This document shows, one piece after another, positions 1 to 11,195 of a stretch of 64,000 nucleotides of DNA (positions are counted from its first letter, which is position 1; each line of letters opens with the position of its first letter). Below the pieces are notes generated by a model that was given only the letters and a program-made list of their open reading frames with translations, had not been told where the DNA came from and did not search any database. Origin of the DNA: Phyllobates terribilis. Lineage: Eukaryota. Location: NCBI RefSeq assembly GCF_046119375.1, contig NW_027362773.1, forward strand, positions 93,310,001 through 93,374,000. The letters run 5' to 3'. The position numbers and the translations under genes were made by a program.

Positions 1-435
1 CCATTTCTCCAAAGTGTCCAAAGAGCCGTTTTTCAACACAACAACCCCAGACCGCATGTTACTGGTGCTACTGTGAGCCGCCTGCATAGCCTGAGCCTGC
101 TTCCATGCAGAGTCTCCGGATTTGTCTCTCATCCAGCACATCGGGGAAGTCATTGTTCGGTGATTACACAGGAGCTGCCAGCAGAGGATCTTGATGATTT
201 GTCCAAGTGCATTCAGCAGCAGAATCTTACTCATTAATAACCTAAGTGATAGCAGCCAAGGCTGGAAGTGTGGGGATTATAGTATGTGGCTCATACTCCA
301 GACTGAAGAAATTGAGATGTTTTAAAAATTGTGTTTCCATTTTCCATCCTTTGCAGATCAGTAACGTGTCTATCCTGTGATTTCCATCATTACATGACTT
401 TCCATTTTTGATGCTACAATTTCAATGTTGAGGAG
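1..435 (+). mobile_element. Degenerate Tc1/mariner transposon, 3' part (transposase C-terminus plus right end)
   Basis: Frameshifted translation FQHNNPRPHV...SPDLSLIQHIGEVI resembles Tc1 FQQDNARPH...SPDLSPIEHIWD; the segment ends at a TA microsatellite. Confidence 0.65.
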
Positions 436-478
<43 letters not shown>

Positions 479-488
479 GTTTAAATAG

Positions 489-827
489 TTGTAAAGGAGT
501 TCAACCTACTCGGATCAATGATCACTCAACGTGTAGTGACGACATCAGAAGTCAATAGGAGAATAGCCACCAAGGACCACCAAGATATGACTTCCCTACT
601 AAGGACACATCATGCGAAGAGAGAAATCACTGGAGAAGGACATAATGGGCGGAAGAAAAGAAGGAACAAGGCAAAGAGGAAGACCAGCAACCCAATGACT
701 TGATGCTATCAAGATAACAGCGGAGAAGACCCTGGTGGACCTATCTAGGCTTGCACAAGATCGATCTTCCTACTGAGGGTTCATCCATCGAGTCGCCATG
801 GCCCGAGATCGAGCCGAAGGCCATTAA
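489..827 (+). mobile_element. RTE-clade LINE 3' fragment
   Basis: Translation GHIMRREKSLEKDIMGGRKEGTRQRGRPATQ*LDAIK...LSRLAQDRSSY...VAMARDRAEGH* matches the typical RTE reverse transcriptase C-terminus; contains internal stops. Confidence 0.75.
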
Positions 828-835
828 AAAAATGT

Positions 836-867
<32 letters not shown>

Positions 868-873
868 TATACA

Positions 874-1397
874 CAGTGGGTATGGAAAATATTCAGACCC
901 CTTTAAATTTCTCACTCTTTGTTTCATTGCAGACATTTGGTAAATTCTAAAAAGTTAATTTTTTTTTCTCATTAAAGTCCACTCTGCACCCCATCTTGAC
1001 TGAAAAAAAAAACAGAAATGTAGAAATTTTTGCAAATGTATTAAAAAGGAAAAACTGAAATATCACATGGTCATAAGTATTCATGACAATTTTTATACAA
1101 TAATTATAAAACTTGTTGCATCATTCCCAAGAAGACTCATGGCTGTACTAGCTCAAAAGGGTGCTTCTACTCAATACTGAGCAAAGGGTCTGAATACTTA
1201 TGACCATGTGATATTTCAGTTTTTCTTTTTTAATAAATTTGCAAAAATTTCTACACTTCTGTTTTTTTTTCAGTCAAGATGGGGTGCAGAGTGTACTTTA
1301 ATGAGAAAAAAATGAACTTTTTAGAATTTACCAAATGGCTGCAATGAAACAAAGAGTGAAAAATTTAAAGGGGTCTGAATACTTTCCGTACCCACTG
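874..1397 (+). mobile_element. Internally deleted non-autonomous Tc1-like element
   Basis: Long terminal inverted repeats (CAGTGGGTATGGAAAATATTCAGACCCC / GGGGTCTGAATACTTTCCGTACCCACTG), followed by TA; retains the transposase tail IPRRLMAVLAQKGASTQY*. Confidence 0.8.
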
Positions 1398-1820
1398 TAT
1401 ACATGCAAGTAAAAAAAGGAGATGTTTCCTTTGTCTCAGCCGTGTTATTTCTATGGAAACTGCAGTTGTCAGGCGTCTCTGGTGCAGCTTACTGTATGTC
1501 AGTAATTCAACAGGCAAAATGCATGCTGCACAGAGGCGGCTCTAAAGCAAAGATTAAATGGATCCCACTGGCGCAGCTTGTTGGCACCATCACTCTCCAA
1601 ACCTGGAACGGGGCTTGTTTTCCCTCCTCTTCCTTTCTTAACCTTCCTTTGATGAGCATTGGGTGATTTTCTTGGTTGTTGGTACCAATGCAGAGTACAT
1701 TCAGCTCTATGTGTAAGGGGGTCTCCCGAGAATGTATGGAGACCTCTTAAGGGAAGGATCGGGCATTTGGAATGTTTTTCGGAGAGAAGAACTACAGAAT
1801 TCTTTACTGCAGCTTTGCTC

Positions 1821-2090
1821 TAATAATAATAATATTTTTATTTATATAGTGCCAACATATTCCACAGTGCTTTACAGACATTATCATCACTGTCCCCATT
1901 GGGGCTCACAATCTAGATTCCTTATCAGTATGACTTTGGAGTGTGGGAGGAAATTGGAGAACCTGGAGGAAACCCACACAAACATGGGGAGAACATACAA
2001 ACTCCTTGCAGATGTTGTCCTTGGTGGGATTTGATCCCAGGACCCCAGTGTTGCAAGGCTGTAGTGCTAACCACTGAGCCACCATGCTGT
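1821..2090 (-). mobile_element. tRNA-derived SINE
   Basis: Minus strand has box A TGGCTCAGTGG, a box B-like GGATCAAATCC and an (ATT)n tail; homologous to the copy at 61421-61764. Confidence 0.85.
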
Positions 2091-3210
2091 TCTCTCATTG
2101 AAAGCACATGAATACCTGGCCGAGACAAGTACTCGTAAGTCGGGAGAGAAACGGACGTTGTCTGGACGGCTCTCTTGTGTATGGTCAGCTTTAGGCCGTG
2201 TGCACACTACAGTTAATTCTCTGTTCGCTCAATTTTTTTTCCAATTAATAAAAAACAAGGAGGGGATTATAACAGGGCAGATGGAGGGAAGGCGGATCAC
2301 ACATAGACACAGCTGAGCGCTAAGATGGGAGCAGAGGAGGGCGGCGCGCACACGGGAAAGAGCTGGTGCTGGTATAATGTGACAGTGATGCAGACAAATA
2401 GTATACATGAATGTACAGTAACTCTTCTTTAATGCACCTGATTGAGAATTTTTTAAAGGGATTGTCTAATCTGGCACATATATGGCATATCGATAAATGG
2501 GGCAGGAACAGAGAGCTGGCCACTCTTTGCATTAATTTATATAAGGCAACATTTCTACCGACAGTGTTTGCCGTGGACATCTGGCAGTGTAGGTCCCACA
2601 GTGGTTTATACCGCTACGGATATCAATGCGAAAAAGGTGCAATGAAGCCGAGTATTTTGCTTTTTGCAGGACAAGTTTGAAACTCGCCGCTATGAGTTGA
2701 CACGGTGCCAATCTCAAACCCACAGCTCCTATCGGTTAACGGTGCGGATATATTTCACAGCACGTGCACAAGACTTCTTAAAGCTTCATGCACTTTGATG
2801 GTGCCGTAAAACGCACCAGATTTTCCGTAAGTAAATGACAGCGGAAAATCCAAAGTGTCTTTCCAACATGGATACTTAGCCAAAGAACTCTAAAAATTGC
2901 AAAGAAAGCACGATCATCGCTTTTTGGAGCTCCCGGAATAAAAATTGAACAGTGAAAATGCCAAGGACTCGTTTTTGACAGGAACATTTATGGCCTATCC
3001 TATCCATAAGCCGTAAATGTTCCAGATGGGAACATCTCTTTCAAATCATGGGAAAAAAAAGCCAAAAATTAAAGCGTGCTGAAGTGGCTTCACTTTCATT
3101 CATTTTGCAGGGTCGGGGTTCTGCCTCCGGCACCAGATGAATCCAGGATCAGATAGTCCAGAAATATGGATAAAGGATTTTGGCTGTAATGAGAATAGAG
3201 TGAATATATC

Positions 3211-4412
3211 TGTAGCACCCTGAGGATTCGGCTGCTACAGGAGTATTGCACCTCAACCCAGAGGTGTGATATTCCACTCCCGGGTAAGGAAGGAGTGTGG
3301 AACTGAGCTCAGATAGACTGCATGCACTACATACATCCCATTCCAGAGGAGCAGGCCGACGGCACTCCCACTTAGAAATGTGCAGGTGCGACCGAGCCTG
3401 TTCCTGGCTGGAGTGGGAGGGGGGAGGAACATCCCATGTAGTGTAGGGGCAGATAGGGGGAGCAGTCTGGGTAGTGGTAGGAGCTCATTGGGTGCTGGTC
3501 ACCTGAGCTCACACATAGAGGGATATATAAGGAGGGCACCAACTTAGAATCAGGGTCAGTCAGTCAGCTGCAGAGGACAAGTCAGATGCAGAGAGCAGGA
3601 AACAGCAGCCCTGGAGAGAGAGAGAGTGGAGTGAAGAAAGACCCAGAGGGGGACAAAGAAGGGACCCAAGAACCCAAATAAGAACACCGGGTGAGGAGTC
3701 AGCAAGAGGGTACCGGAACCCAAGCTGGTGGGGGTAAAGACATTCCCCAGCCAGAGACCGGAGACCGTGGGCAGTGTCTGTCACGGTCACCCACTACATT
3801 CACCCTGAAGGCACACCACAGGAAGGGTCAGGGAACCTTAGGCCAAAGGTTGCCCAACAGAAGGCCCGAGGGAGCTGGACTTAGGTGAATCACTGGTGGG
3901 GACGGCTGAAGAAAGGACAGAGGGAGAGCTCAGGGCCACGCTCCGGACTTGTTTGGGGGTTGGCCGGATCCAGGACCTGGTGGACGCAGCACGGCTCGGG
4001 AGGTCACTTGGAGCTAGAGTGACCAGGAACATCTGCAGTAAGTAAAGACCCTTAACTGCACTACCCGAGTCTGTCATCATTACCGGCTGCACCGCACCAC
4101 CACAACCCCCATCCTCTGCGCCTGTCCCCTCTGAGGCTATACCCCTCCCGTTGGGGGTTATCCCACCAAGCTGCGCATCCACCATCAGCCTCAGCGGACC
4201 CTGCTGCAGCGGCGGCCACAGTGACCGCATCACAACGGGTGGCGTAGTCGACACAACGAACTTTAATAACATCAGTAAAGACTGCCACATAACCCTGAGC
4301 TTGACGCCCTGGGCACGGGACCGGGTCACAGCCGCTCGGAGACTACAACCCCCCATCTGATCCGGTGCCGGGTATTCCCCTCAAAAAGGAATATGTCCCA
4401 GGGGGCGCGTCA
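3211..4412 (+). repeat. 5' LTR (1202 bp)
   Basis: TGTAGCA...GCGTCA; TATA-like GATATATAAG near 3523; AGTAAA poly(A)-like hexamers near 4041 and 4274; appears identical to the 3' LTR. Confidence 0.95.
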
Positions 4413-6495
4413 ACCTTGGCGTAGTCGGCAGGATTACGTGCCCGCAACACCCGGGTACTGCGTGCCTGAAGAAAAGTGCAAGTTTACCTCAGAAAGAAGA
4501 CTCCTGCCGGTTCCGGAGGGTCCACGCCATCGGACTCCATCACCAGTCGTTTCCCGCCGATTGTCCGCCATTTCCAGCTTGTTCCCGCCATCTGCAGAGT
4601 TTCCCGCCACTGGGCGACGCTTCCCGCCAAAACCGCAGATTTCCCGCCTTGGAAGAGCAGCGGACGCCATTATGGGCGTGCCAAAGGAGGGCAAGAGGCC
4701 ACATCCCATCGTGGGCCGGGACAGAAAATGGCGCCAAAAGTGGAAACCGCCCCCACCAGCGGAGACTGTGATGCTGGAGGTGTCTGTCAGCGTGAAAGAA
4801 CTCCCCCTGGAGCTGACAGTCACCGAGTTGCCCCGGGACCGCCCTCGAAGTGGGAGGAGACGAAAGAAAAGAGCAAAGATGGGTGTCGCTTGGAGGAGTC
4901 TGGAGCGAGCGCACCCGGAGGCAAGAGGTCTAACGAGGAGTAGCGGAGGAGCTTACCCGGAGATGGAGAGAAAGCAGAACAGCACCGGCCCGCTGGCCAG
5001 GAGTCTGCTAGAGACCGAGGAAGGAGGGCAGAGCAGCACCGGCCCGCTGGCCAGGAGCCTGCCGGAAGCCGAGCAGAGCAGCACCGACCCGATGGTCAGG
5101 AGCCTGCTAGAGTCCACAACCCCGCTAGGTCTAGCGGAGATCCTAGCGCAGCTCCCCCGAGACCGGGAGTGTGCACAAACTGCCCTGGAGGGCCTCGCAA
5201 GGAGGATGGCCCGGGTACAGCGCGAGATACTGGCGGAGTGGAGCCGGGAGATGACCCAGCAAGCAGAGACCAGTCAACGGAGCACGCTACCCTGGAAGAG
5301 GAAGCAGACCGCCTCTGAGGATGGCGCAGGAGGACCCAAGGCCGGAGACGGCGCCGAGGAGGGAGCCGAACGCATGGAGGCAGGTAAAGGGGACGCCTAT
5401 ACCCCAAGCCGTGACACCGCTTACCTGCCCCAGCTCCCCGTCGCAGAGCCCGAAAGTCCCCCTGCTGTGCCCGTAGCCGCCAGGTCACCGCCATGGACTA
5501 GGCCCCGACCGGAAGCCGCCGCAGCGACCCCTGTGACGTCACGCGCCCCGACCCGGAGCGTGACAAAGCAGGAATTACCACCAGCCTGGTCGCAAGGCCT
5601 AGTACCCCCGGGCGCCGCATCACCAACAGCGCCCCCTACCTCCGTGGAGCCTCCGGCCTGGCCGCAAGGCCAGGTAGCCCAGGGCGCCGCCGTCCTAACG
5701 GTGCCCTTCACCTTCCAGGTGCCCCAGGCCTGGCCGCAAGGCCTGGGCAACCCGGGCGCCACCACCACCGCGCCCGCAATACCTAGGGTGCCACACCTGG
5801 GGGAGGACCTCTTCGGCCAGCTCACATGGCCGGACGGGCGGCCCTTCATCTGGCCCGAAGGGTACCCTGAGCTGGAGCGGCAGCAAAGACTAGGGCCCTT
5901 GTGTGAGCCCCTAATCCCGGCTCCGAAGCCCGTGGCTCGGGTCTCGCCTCCTCTAGCAGAAGCCCAATTCGTGTGGGACCCCACGGGAGAAGATTTGATG
6001 GGGTTCACCGGAGAAACTCGGGCAGCCGCAGCTGAACGTACAGAGTGTTGCCGTCAACAGCTGGCAGAGTTTAAGAGAGAACGGGAGGAGAGGCGGGTCA
6101 GAGAACAACAGGCCCAAATCCAGAGCGCGGAGCAGAAGAGCCGGACTAGGAGGAACCCCCGTGCAGCGCATTGTCCCCGCACCATCGGGACAGTGATAAA
6201 GTTCAACCCGCAGCATGGGTGGGGCTTTATTCGGGACCGTAACAACCGCGGTGACGTTTTTGTGACCCGCAGAGACGTCGAGTCCCACCTGCCGGAAGGT
6301 CACAAAGGCCGTGACCTTTACGTCGGAGACGAGGTCACTTTCACCCGGCACAAGTGTGCCAAAGGACCTTACGCCCTCCACGTACACCGCCTGACGGAGG
6401 AGGAGTTGCGGTGCGAGGAGGAGGAGCAAGAGGACCCGGACGGGTCTGAAGTAACAACCAGCTATAAGCAAAGAGCAGGAGGAAGACGCCGTTGA
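4393..6495 (+). CDS. LTR-element ORF (700 aa from the ATG inside the LTR; 607 aa from ATG 4672): basic, Pro-rich and coiled-coil regions with a C-terminal cold-shock domain
   Basis: Uninterrupted 2.1-kb ORF. Residues ~597-667 (6181-6393) read TIGTVIKFNPQHGWGFIRDRNNRGDVFVTRRDVESHLPEGHKGRDLYVGDEVTFTRHKCAKGPYALHVHRL and align with the CSD consensus (RNP1-like GWGFI, RNP2-like DVFV). ATG 4672 has good Kozak context (attATGG). Confidence 0.85.
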   Translation: MSQGARQPWRSRQDYVPATPGYCVPEEKCKFTSERRLLPVPEGPRHRTPSPVVSRRLSAISSLFPPSAEFPATGRRFPPKPQISRLGRAADAIMGVPKEGKRPHPIVGRDRKWRQKWKPPPPAETVMLEVSVSVKELPLELTVTELPRDRPRSGRRRKKRAKMGVAWRSLERAHPEARGLTRSSGGAYPEMERKQNSTGPLARSLLETEEGGQSSTGPLARSLPEAEQSSTDPMVRSLLESTTPLGLAEILAQLPRDRECAQTALEGLARRMARVQREILAEWSREMTQQAETSQRSTLPWKRKQTASEDGAGGPKAGDGAEEGAERMEAGKGDAYTPSRDTAYLPQLPVAEPESPPAVPVAARSPPWTRPRPEAAAATPVTSRAPTRSVTKQELPPAWSQGLVPPGAASPTAPPTSVEPPAWPQGQVAQGAAVLTVPFTFQVPQAWPQGLGNPGATTTAPAIPRVPHLGEDLFGQLTWPDGRPFIWPEGYPELERQQRLGPLCEPLIPAPKPVARVSPPLAEAQFVWDPTGEDLMGFTGETRAAAAERTECCRQQLAEFKREREERRVREQQAQIQSAEQKSRTRRNPRAAHCPRTIGTVIKFNPQHGWGFIRDRNNRGDVFVTRRDVESHLPEGHKGRDLYVGDEVTFTRHKCAKGPYALHVHRLTEEELRCEEEEQEDPDGSEVTTSYKQRAGGRRR
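4417..4435 (+). promoter_or_regulatory. Primer-binding site complementary to the tRNA-Ser 3' end
   Basis: TGGCGTAGTCGGCAGGATT is the reverse complement of AATCCTGCCGACTACGCCA, the 3' end of vertebrate tRNA-Ser(AGA-type); it lies 4 nt after the 5' LTR. Confidence 0.9.
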
Positions 6496-6969
6496 GTGCG
6501 GCAGAGCAGGTGTTGTAAATAGTTACCCAATCAGGGTATAAAGGAACTGGAACTGTTGTTGCTGCTAAAATAGTCCCCGTTGGGACCAGTGAACTGTTTT
6601 ACCCGTTAACCCCTTCATCCTGCAGGCTGAGGACTGTGAGCAGCCATTCCCTTCCCTCTACCTGGCCGAGGACTGAGAGCGGCCAACTTCCAAATTCCCC
6701 TGTATATAGTTGCGCTTCCTAAAGCGCCCCCTACCGGTTTTATAGGAGAAACCATTTTTCTAGAAAGACTGTCGCACTTTTCCCGGACACACGTTGCACA
6801 GTGTCCGGAGGAGGAACCTGAAACCAGAGACGACGAGAATGTTTATATGAAAAAGTTTTATATATATATAATGTTTTACATGTTTTATATGTTGATATAA
6901 AAATTTTGTATGTTTTTGGTGTTTTATGTCTTACAGCCCGAGGACGTGCTGTGATTTACCAGGGGGGAA

Positions 6970-8171
6970 TGTAGCACCCTGAGGATTCGGCTGCTACAGG
7001 AGTATTGCACCTCAACCCAGAGGTGTGATATTCCACTCCCGGGTAAGGAAGGAGTGTGGAACTGAGCTCAGATAGACTGCATGCACTACATACATCCCAT
7101 TCCAGAGGAGCAGGCCGACGGCACTCCCACTTAGAAATGTGCAGGTGCGACCGAGCCTGTTCCTGGCTGGAGTGGGAGGGGGGAGGAACATCCCATGTAG
7201 TGTAGGGGCAGATAGGGGGAGCAGTCTGGGTAGTGGTAGGAGCTCATTGGGTGCTGGTCACCTGAGCTCACACATAGAGGGATATATAAGGAGGGCACCA
7301 ACTTAGAATCAGGGTCAGTCAGTCAGCTGCAGAGGACAAGTCAGATGCAGAGAGCAGGAAACAGCAGCCCTGGAGAGAGAGAGAGTGGAGTGAAGAAAGA
7401 CCCAGAGGGGGACAAAGAAGGGACCCAAGAACCCAAATAAGAACACCGGGTGAGGAGTCAGCAAGAGGGTACCGGAACCCAAGCTGGTGGGGGTAAAGAC
7501 ATTCCCCAGCCAGAGACCGGAGACCGTGGGCAGTGTCTGTCACGGTCACCCACTACATTCACCCTGAAGGCACACCACAGGAAGGGTCAGGGAACCTTAG
7601 GCCAAAGGTTGCCCAACAGAAGGCCCGAGGGAGCTGGACTTAGGTGAATCACTGGTGGGGACGGCTGAAGAAAGGACAGAGGGAGAGCTCAGGGCCACGC
7701 TCCGGACTTGTTTGGGGGTTGGCCGGATCCAGGACCTGGTGGACGCAGCACGGCTCGGGAGGTCACTTGGAGCTAGAGTGACCAGGAACATCTGCAGTAA
7801 GTAAAGACCCTTAACTGCACTACCCGAGTCTGTCATCATTACCGGCTGCACCGCACCACCACAACCCCCATCCTCTGCGCCTGTCCCCTCTGAGGCTATA
7901 CCCCTCCCGTTGGGGGTTATCCCACCAAGCTGCGCATCCACCATCAGCCTCAGCGGACCCTGCTGCAGCGGCGGCCACAGTGACCGCATCACAACGGGTG
8001 GCGTAGTCGACACAACGAACTTTAATAACATCAGTAAAGACTGCCACATAACCCTGAGCTTGACGCCCTGGGCACGGGACCGGGTCACAGCCGCTCGGAG
8101 ACTACAACCCCCCATCTGATCCGGTGCCGGGTATTCCCCTCAAAAAGGAATATGTCCCAGGGGGCGCGTCA
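6970..8171 (+). repeat. 3' LTR (1202 bp)
   Basis: Preceded by the PPT and followed by TSD TATC. Its five ORF-track translations match those of the 5' LTR. Confidence 0.95.
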
Positions 8172-8659
8172 TATCCACTTGCATTACACCAGGATTGGCT
8201 CAGTAGTCCGTCTCTGGCTGTCTTATGTCCACCCTAGACCCTCACCGTAGTCTGCATTCTGCAGTGGGGTCTGTACAATGCACATTCACCTCTACCTGCA
8301 GACATCATATGACACCATTGTAATCACAGAGGCCGATGGCTGCTGCATGATGAAACTCCCATATAGGTGACTGCAATTCATGGAGGATGTAAGGCGGGTT
8401 CAGCAGTGGATGGTTCTTATTACTGCTTATTGCATCTGTGAAATACTAAATGGAAATGGAATCGGATCCAACCCTGGCATGGGTTAACTCATGTGAATAC
8501 CTATCTTGCCCGGCCACGGACCATGCCCCACCTGCTGTGTCCCTTTACGGCCGAAGCCGTTATGTCTTATGAATCCATTCTGGTTCTCTCTTCTTTTCCC
8601 ATCACTTTATTTTGTGGAGAGATGGAACGCCTATCTTTTGGACAATATTGGGAAGGTGT

Positions 8660-9229
8660 TGTCACGGGTGTGTCAGAAGTGACAGACAGTCGCCCTGCAA
8701 TTGGTTGCAGGAGATCTCTACGTTTGGCATTACAGACATCTTCTTAGAGGCTGGCTGTCTCTAGGACCCAGCGGCTACCTTCCTCTGGCTAATTAACACC
8801 CTGCCTGGGTATATAAACACCTGCTGTGTTTCAGAGGGAGGTGCCGGCGATATTCATTACTGCTTGTGAAGGTTTAGCAAGAGCAGTACTTAGTCCTCTC
8901 TGGAGCTTGAGGACGTATGCGCATTTGTGTGGAGTCGTCTAAAGCTAAGCAAGTTCCCCCTGTTTGTCCTCCCTTGTTGTCTATAGTGTTTAGTGGAGCT
9001 CGACTAGTGCTCATCTCCTCCCTTCCCTAGCCATAGACATATGCCAGGGAAAGACAGGGCGATGCACACGTGTGGCGATTGGTGAAGAGCCAATACAGGG
9101 ATGTTAGGGGAGACAGGGTGACGCTAGATCAACCTAGGAGGTCTCACTTCCCCCCTTTCCCTAGAGTCTGGACTCCCTTTCCCTCTTCCCTTTGTGTTGC
9201 ACTAAGTCTTTCCCACACCTTGGGTGACA
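8660..9229 (+). mobile_element. Solo LTR (570 bp)
   Basis: TGTCA...TGACA ends, 5-bp TSD GGTGT (8655-8659, 9230-9234), internal TATATAA. Confidence 0.85.
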
Positions 9230-9938
9230 GGTGTTGCGATACTGGGATACCTTTAGAGCGAATGTCAAGGGGATCCTGGCCACTGCTGTGGGGGACCTAA
9301 GGAGAAACCTATGTACTCACAACAGTGGTTACGAGATAGGAACTGCAATGTCTCCAAAATCCTACCCCTGAAGCCACGCGGGCATATACCCTTTTGCTTA
9401 GAGAAAAGGAGCAACGTAGCTCTTTCCATATGACTCACGGATATTTTGAAAATGACGATTTAAGTGGCAAACTGAACCTCAAAACCTCCAGTGACTACAG
9501 TGATTAAAGGGGTTGCCCATTACTCGGACAGCCCTATGTTTCCCCCCAGTAACCTAATTACACCTATACTCACCTCCAGTACCGTTACAGCAGTGTTGGC
9601 ACTGGCTCTCCTGAGGCTCATGCGATTCCTACGACCAATGAGCGCTGGCTTCACTTTCCTCGCATTTGGATAAATCACATGTGAAGAAGGACTTCACCTC
9701 CCAACCTGGTAGGGACCCCTCAAAACTGGGAGAGATTCCATAAACCTTGGAGGGACCTCAATCCTTTGTGCTTCGTATAGACCCATCTTGTTATTGCAAT
9801 CTGATGTAAAAATGAATTGACTGTAGTCTTGAACCCTGCAGATTATTCATGGAGACCAAACTAGGTTCATATCGGGAAAATCATCAAGTGGGAGTTCTTT
9901 TGGGAGACGATGTGTAGGGTGGGCTTTGGACCTGTATT

Positions 9939-10599
9939 TGTCATGATTCTGTTGTCAGATTACCCAGGGCCAGGAGCCCCTTCCCTGTCCCTAACGCTAG
10001 GGGCGCCCTAGCTATCCCTGCTCCCTGGACTACTTCTGATGGTTAAGACGCATGGGCCACGTACCTTGCTGAATTCCTGAATCAGCCTTATATCTGTCCA
10101 CCTCCCCCAGCCAGCGAAGTGGGGGAGGAAGTGTAGATATATACACAAACTAGACAAACAAGGATGTACAGGGATAAATGAATATACCAATCACACAAAT
10201 ATGCACTCACAGACAACAGAGAGGAACACCAGGGAGAAAAGGAAGGCAAAAAAATAGGAGAGGATGAGGATTTGCACACAGCCGAAACGCCAAGAAACAG
10301 TCACAGATCAACACTGTAAGCGCCTCTACCAACAACTGAGCAGTACAAGATTTACACTGGCAATCCACATTGCCAGAGGCCAGTATATATAGGAGAGGGG
10401 AGTGGCCAATACTGAACAGCTGTGATCATCCAAGCTGGGAAGCTTCAGAGACTCTAAGCTGCACAGTTTAACCCCTGTACTGCTAACAGAAACCTGCACC
10501 GTTTAATATGAAGGCAAAGTACTTCTGATCAGTGCAGGAGTGCGTGAAATCAGATGCTGCGGTCATCTGGCCCCTCTCTGTCATGGTGTACCCGTGACA
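9939..10599 (-). mobile_element. Solo LTR (661 bp), apparently a related family, opposite orientation
   Basis: TGTCA...TGACA ends, 5-bp TSD GTATT (9934-9938, 10600-10604). The minus strand starts TGTCACGGGT, as does the 8660 LTR. Confidence 0.85.
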
Positions 10600-11195
10600 G
10601 TATTTACTAGATGGGTTAAACTTTTATATCCAGTCCCAGTGGCGCACGCACGGGTCAACGGATACCGGTAAATTTCAGGCTATTTTCCCCTATTTCGGGG
10701 CTCCTTGCAGGGATACCCCCAATGTTATGTGCTAATGCAATGGAGCCATTGTCAGCCATTATCCGCTCTATCCTGGAGATCACAGGCTTCATCCAAGGCC
10801 CCTACACAATACAATGTGTCTATATGTGAATGATATTATCATGTTCTCACAAGACGCAACAGATGACAAGAGATGACTTTGTTTAACTGGGAAAAATCTT
10901 GTGTCCTTCCCGTCAACTTTACACCTTTAAATTCTGTCAATTTTGACCCTGGAATCAAAATAGGATACGTCTCTGATTTTCCGTGCAACGCTTGGTCCAC
11001 AAAAAATCATGAATATGTGAACAGCCCTATAGATTATCACAGGTATGAGTGCTGTCTGTGAAAGTGACAGCTAGCAGTAGTGCGCGGAAATCGGACATGT
11101 GAATGCGGCCTTATATTCTGGTTTTATAGGGTCTCCATATCTTGTGTAGTGCTGCGTGCAGAATGCCGTCACCCACATCTACACAAGTGTCTGGC

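Larger units (their letters stand above)
3211..8171 (+). mobile_element. Full-length non-autonomous LTR retroelement (probably Ty3/Gypsy-like), very recent insertion
   Basis: Direct repeats 3211-4412 and 6970-8171 (TG...CA, offset 3759). 4-bp TSD TATC at 3207-3210 and 8172-8175. PBS at 4417-4435, PPT AGGGGGGAA at 6961-6969. No protease, RT, RNase H, integrase or CCHC motif in the 2557-bp interior. Superfamily assignment is inference. Confidence 0.95.

Noticed and set aside
2030-2090. tRNA-like box A/B sequences (also at 61495-61560)
   Set aside because: They are heads of SINEs; there is no complete cloverleaf, so they are not called as tRNA genes.
3560-4360. Short ORFs within the LTRs (65-172 aa, duplicated at +3759)
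   Set aside because: No recognisable motifs; overlapping frames typical of GC-rich LTR sequence.
4434-6471. Antisense and alternative-frame ORFs over the CSD ORF
   Set aside because: Shadow ORFs of a GC-rich coding region with no domain signal.
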